From: Ramazzottius varieornatus
Taxonomy: Eukaryota; Animalia; Tardigrada
Length of the DNA stretch: 64,000 nt
NCBI GenBank assembly: GCA_001949185.1
Contig: BDGG01000002.1
Coordinates: 7,740,448 to 7,804,447 of the forward strand
Direction of reading: 5' to 3'
The position numbers were made by a program, and so were the translations under genes. A model generated the notes under the pieces. It did no database searches and had not been told where the DNA came from. It was given only the letters and a program-made list of their open reading frames with translations. Position 1 is the stretch's first letter; the number at the start of each line of letters is the position of its first letter. This document shows, one piece after another, positions 60,408 through 64,000 of the stretch.

Positions 60408-63400
60408 ATGATCACGGTATCGCCGAGGAACCCTGTAGATCAAGATGCGGCGGTCTTGGTCGGTTCTTCAAGTGGCGCCCAATACGTGGCCTCGAGGCCG
60501 GGCTCGTCTGGAATGCATTTCCGCATCGGCTTTTGGAGGAGTGTTTCAGGCATCTTCACTGTCTGTTTGTGTGCTTTCATTCTCAATATTGGTAAGTTGT
60601 GCCGTCTTCTTAACAGTCAACTTCTATCGCCACAAGATTTACCAGGTTCCAAGTTGAAAATTGTAGCGTTGTAACCCGAACGTAGAAAAATGGCGTGGTA
60701 GTTTATTGTCTCCGCTTGTGTCATTGTATTTCCGTAAAGCCCGAAACAGATTACTTACTAATCACGTTTCAATCATATGCATTGCGTAGCGCGAGTCTTT
60801 TTCTTCTTCAGAAAGCTTCTATGATCACTTACAACAACCTTTTGTCTTCATCACCGATCGACTCATTTGATATCGTGCTTTTGCTGTTTCAGGCTACGTC
60901 CTCGGATACACCACCGGACTTCTCGCCATCCTGGAGAGAAACCTCCATTGCAGCAGTACCGTCATCGGAATCATCTTTTCCTGCTTGTTCATCGGTCTCA
61001 TCGGAGGCTACCTCGTCGTAATCTTCTTCACCCCACAAAACAAGCCTCGATGGCTTTGCGGCAGTCTGATCCTGACCGGCACCTTCATCATCTTTAGCGG
61101 TGTGGCCGCGTCAGTTCAGCGCATTCCTCAGCCGGTTTCCGGCCTCAAAGCCCCAGTCATCCTTTGTGACGAAAGCTTCCTCAGCATCAACAGGTCCCTC
61201 GACCCACAGAGGACCCAACTGGGAAGTCTGGCCTTGACGGACAACGATGTCCTTTACCTTCTGGCAGCTTTTTTGTCCATCACCGGATTCATGGCGGCAT
61301 TACCTTTTACCATTGTTCTGACAAAACTCCACACCGACTTTCAAGGTAATGCAAGTTTGGGACGTCGATAACGACTCGAACGTATTTGTTTTCTCAAGGT
61401 TGCGCACACTTCCAGCTAATAATAATGGAATGGTGCGCCACTTGGGAAAACAAACTCGATAAGATCGTTTTCCCAACTGCCAAGTAGCGCAAGGCGCACA
61501 TTTATGACCAGCAGTAACGAACAGGTGCACCGAAATTATGAGGTTTTGAAGATATTCAGTTCATTTACCAACGCTCATTCATACTGCGCACAGCGCGGGT
61601 ATCACCTGCTCTTATGGTATATTACGCTGCAGGACGGAAGCACCTCATCACATGCACAGTCCTTGGACCCTTCTTCGGCTTGCTGTTTGCGGCATTGGGC
61701 AGTATCGCCTCGCACATCGGTCGCTTTGTCTTGGGCTTCCTCTTCCCTGGCATTATCGTTTTCATTATAGGACTGACGATCGGTGTAAGGGTGTTTTTCC
61801 CCCTTTGTCTGTATGTGAGCAGTGAGTACTGAGCTGAAACATTCCATGCATTTGTTCTTACAGGTTTTGACAAAATCGTCCCTTGTCGGTGTGATGTCAC
61901 CGCTGGATGACAGGATACCCGGGATCAACATAAGCATAAAAAGTAACAGTTGGTCTTTTTCCATGAAGCTTACAGTACGAATGTGTCACTACGACTTTCT
62001 TGTTTACGTTACAGATACTGCTCGAACGCTTGCCGTCATCATCAAAAAATGGACCTTCTCTGGGCTCGTCGCCATCTTTTTGCTGGATACCTTCCTGACA
62101 GTTGGTATCGCATGATTATTTCTTTGCCGATGTGCTGACTATTACTGATATTTCTGTCCTTTTCAGGTTATCTGTTTATCCTTCCGCGTTACCTGCAAAT
62201 CCAGTTTGATGTTCCCCCGTTCGTTTCCAGCCTGGCTGCAGGTATCCAACCAACTTGCTGAGGCATAATGTCAGAGAGCCGCTGCGCTGAAGTCAGTCTG
62301 TCGCTTTCAGCTTCGTTCTTTGTACTTCCGGTTACATGTGGAGCTTTGGGGATATCTTACGGAGCGCGCTACCTACAGTCTTCCGTTACCCACAGTCGGA
62401 TGATCTCAGTGGCCTGTGTGGGCGTTTCCTGCCTGGGATTCCTGATCTTTGTCTTTCTGGGCTGCGGCACCAAAGAGTTTGACCACAAACTACAACGAGT
62501 CATCGAACAAGAAAGGTATTGAAGCTGCCCAATTTGTTTTCCGGCTTAAAAACATTGAATGCTCGGCAAGTAACCAGATTATCCTCAAGCGGCGCACTCT
62601 TCCGGCCACTATTACCGATATCGTGCGCCACTTGGGGTTAACAATTTGGACGAGCTTCTTTGCCGAGCTCCCAATTGTTATCTTGATTCCAGACCGCTAA
62701 TAATAACCAACATCTGTAACAAAAAGTGCGACTGCTTCCGAAGTGAAACCTTCTTTCGGCCTGTATGTCACGAGGGAACGGATGTAACCTACGCTTCGCC
62801 ATGCCTTGCTGGATGCATGCGAATGGGTCCTCGGTCTAATTTGGTAAGACAACCTCGGCTATTCGTTCAATACAGCTGTAACGGCTCTCGTGTCGCAGTA
62901 CGAGCATTGCCACTGCGTGGAGAACAAAGGAAGGACCGATCAATTGCCCGCTAATTCGACCATGGTAAAGGAAGGTTTCTGCTCAAGGAACTGCAGAGTG
63001 GCGTACTCGTCTTTCACTTTCCTCATGTTCCTTTTCCATTTGCTCGTTGGGTTTCCGCCGTATAACATACTCACCCAGTTTCGTAGGTAAGAAAGGTGTT
63101 ATGAGGTAACAAAGAACTCGGCAAACACACTCGTCCGGATCGTGTTCCAAGTGACGCATGCTTCCAGCTTGGAACACTATAAACGTGCGCACTTTGGAAA
63201 ACGATCAAACTCGACAAGACAGCTTTCCCAAGTGGCGCACGGTTTCAGCGTTGTTGGCTGGAAGCGTGCGCCACATGAAAAACGATCGGTCGAGCTCGCT
63301 TGCCCAGCATCCAAATTTTGTGAGTTCTGCTTGTCGAATCTCGTTCTGCAGCTTTTCATGACAGGTTGTTCTTCGAGCCGGAAACTTATTTAACGGCCAG

Positions 63401-63787
63401 TCGTTTAGTGACATTTCTCTTCCTGTTACTCATTCTCATACCAGCGCCGTTGATGGCTGGCGTTCTGCTTGACTCCACTTGTGATTTATGGGATCCGCTC
63501 GACACGTTGAAAAACGGTATCACTCAGTGTGTCCATTACAATGCCGAGCGACTTCGCACGCGTATTCACATTCCGCTGTTGTTTTGGAAATTCATCCTGA
63601 CAGCACTCTATTACCTCGTAAGACAGACTTCGTTATGGATTTTGTAATTTCGAATTTGATCACTCAATTCACTCTATAGCTTTACCGGTATGGAGAAAAG
63701 AGTAACGAACCGGAAGCTTCAGTGTTGTACGAGCCCGTCGTCAACACGACCAGCACCCTCAACTTGGTCCAAGACCAAGATTTGTGA
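60408..63787 (+). CDS. Organic anion transporting polypeptide (SLCO/OATP family), divergent
   Basis: Multi-TM; LERNLHCSS..IG, KPRWL, Kazal-like CNKKCDC..FRPVC..TYASPCLAGC, PAPLMAGVLLDSTCDLW..CVHYN..LR. Confidence 0.85.
63115..63345. repeat. Tandem hairpin repeat copies in an OATP intron
   Basis: TTCCAAGTGACGCA..GTGCGCACTTTGGAA and TTTCCCAAGTGGCGCAC..GTGCGCCAC. Confidence 0.8.
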
Positions 63788-64000
63788 ATCAGTTAGACCG
63801 TTGAATGTTTTCCAAAGTCATTAGAGATTGTTCCTCGAACCGGAGCGGAGAGACAAAAAAAGAGAAAGCGAAGAGTGAAGAGTGAAGAAGAATTTGCATG
63901 TAAAATTACACCAAACGAATGGCGGCTGATTACACAATCGATTATATTTTGTTTCAGCCAAAATATGGGCACGTCATCAATGTATCATCTTTTGCTTTGG

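Noticed and set aside
696-63345. Recurrent peptides FPKWRT / FPSGA / VRHLG / CATW in many ORFs as a protein motif, or the repeat as a CRISPR array
   Set aside because: They are translations of the dispersed intronic hairpin repeat; there is no regular repeat-spacer array or cas gene, and the DNA is eukaryotic.

Overview
Eukaryotic (animal) genomic DNA, gene-dense, with many short GT-AG introns (about 55-90 nt). The compact architecture is tardigrade-like, but that is an inference and not proven. Recognisable genes: numb (-), an aldehyde-oxidase-type molybdo-flavoenzyme (+), TMTC3 (+), mitochondrial GrpE (+), CFAP58 (-), a flavin monooxygenase (+), an OATP/SLCO transporter (+) and a stand-alone PAW-domain gene (-). 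There are also F-box and neprilysin relics and several small secreted orphans. The most striking region is 25.4-33.8 kb: five or six small Gly/Ser-rich single-pass membrane proteins sharing motifs (Ala/Gly TM ending in Tyr; VP[AT]G[MV]; DTKYV.N..DNTI; R.TVD), two with mitochondrial-type presequences. They form two mirror-image head-to-head pairs, and a PIGBOS1-like micro-ORF sits in frame just 6 nt upstream of one member. A ~60-120 bp hairpin repeat (TCCCAAGTGGCGCAC...GTGCGCCACTTGGGA) occurs at about 23 loci, mostly in introns. All exon boundaries and homologies were read by eye; no searches were run.
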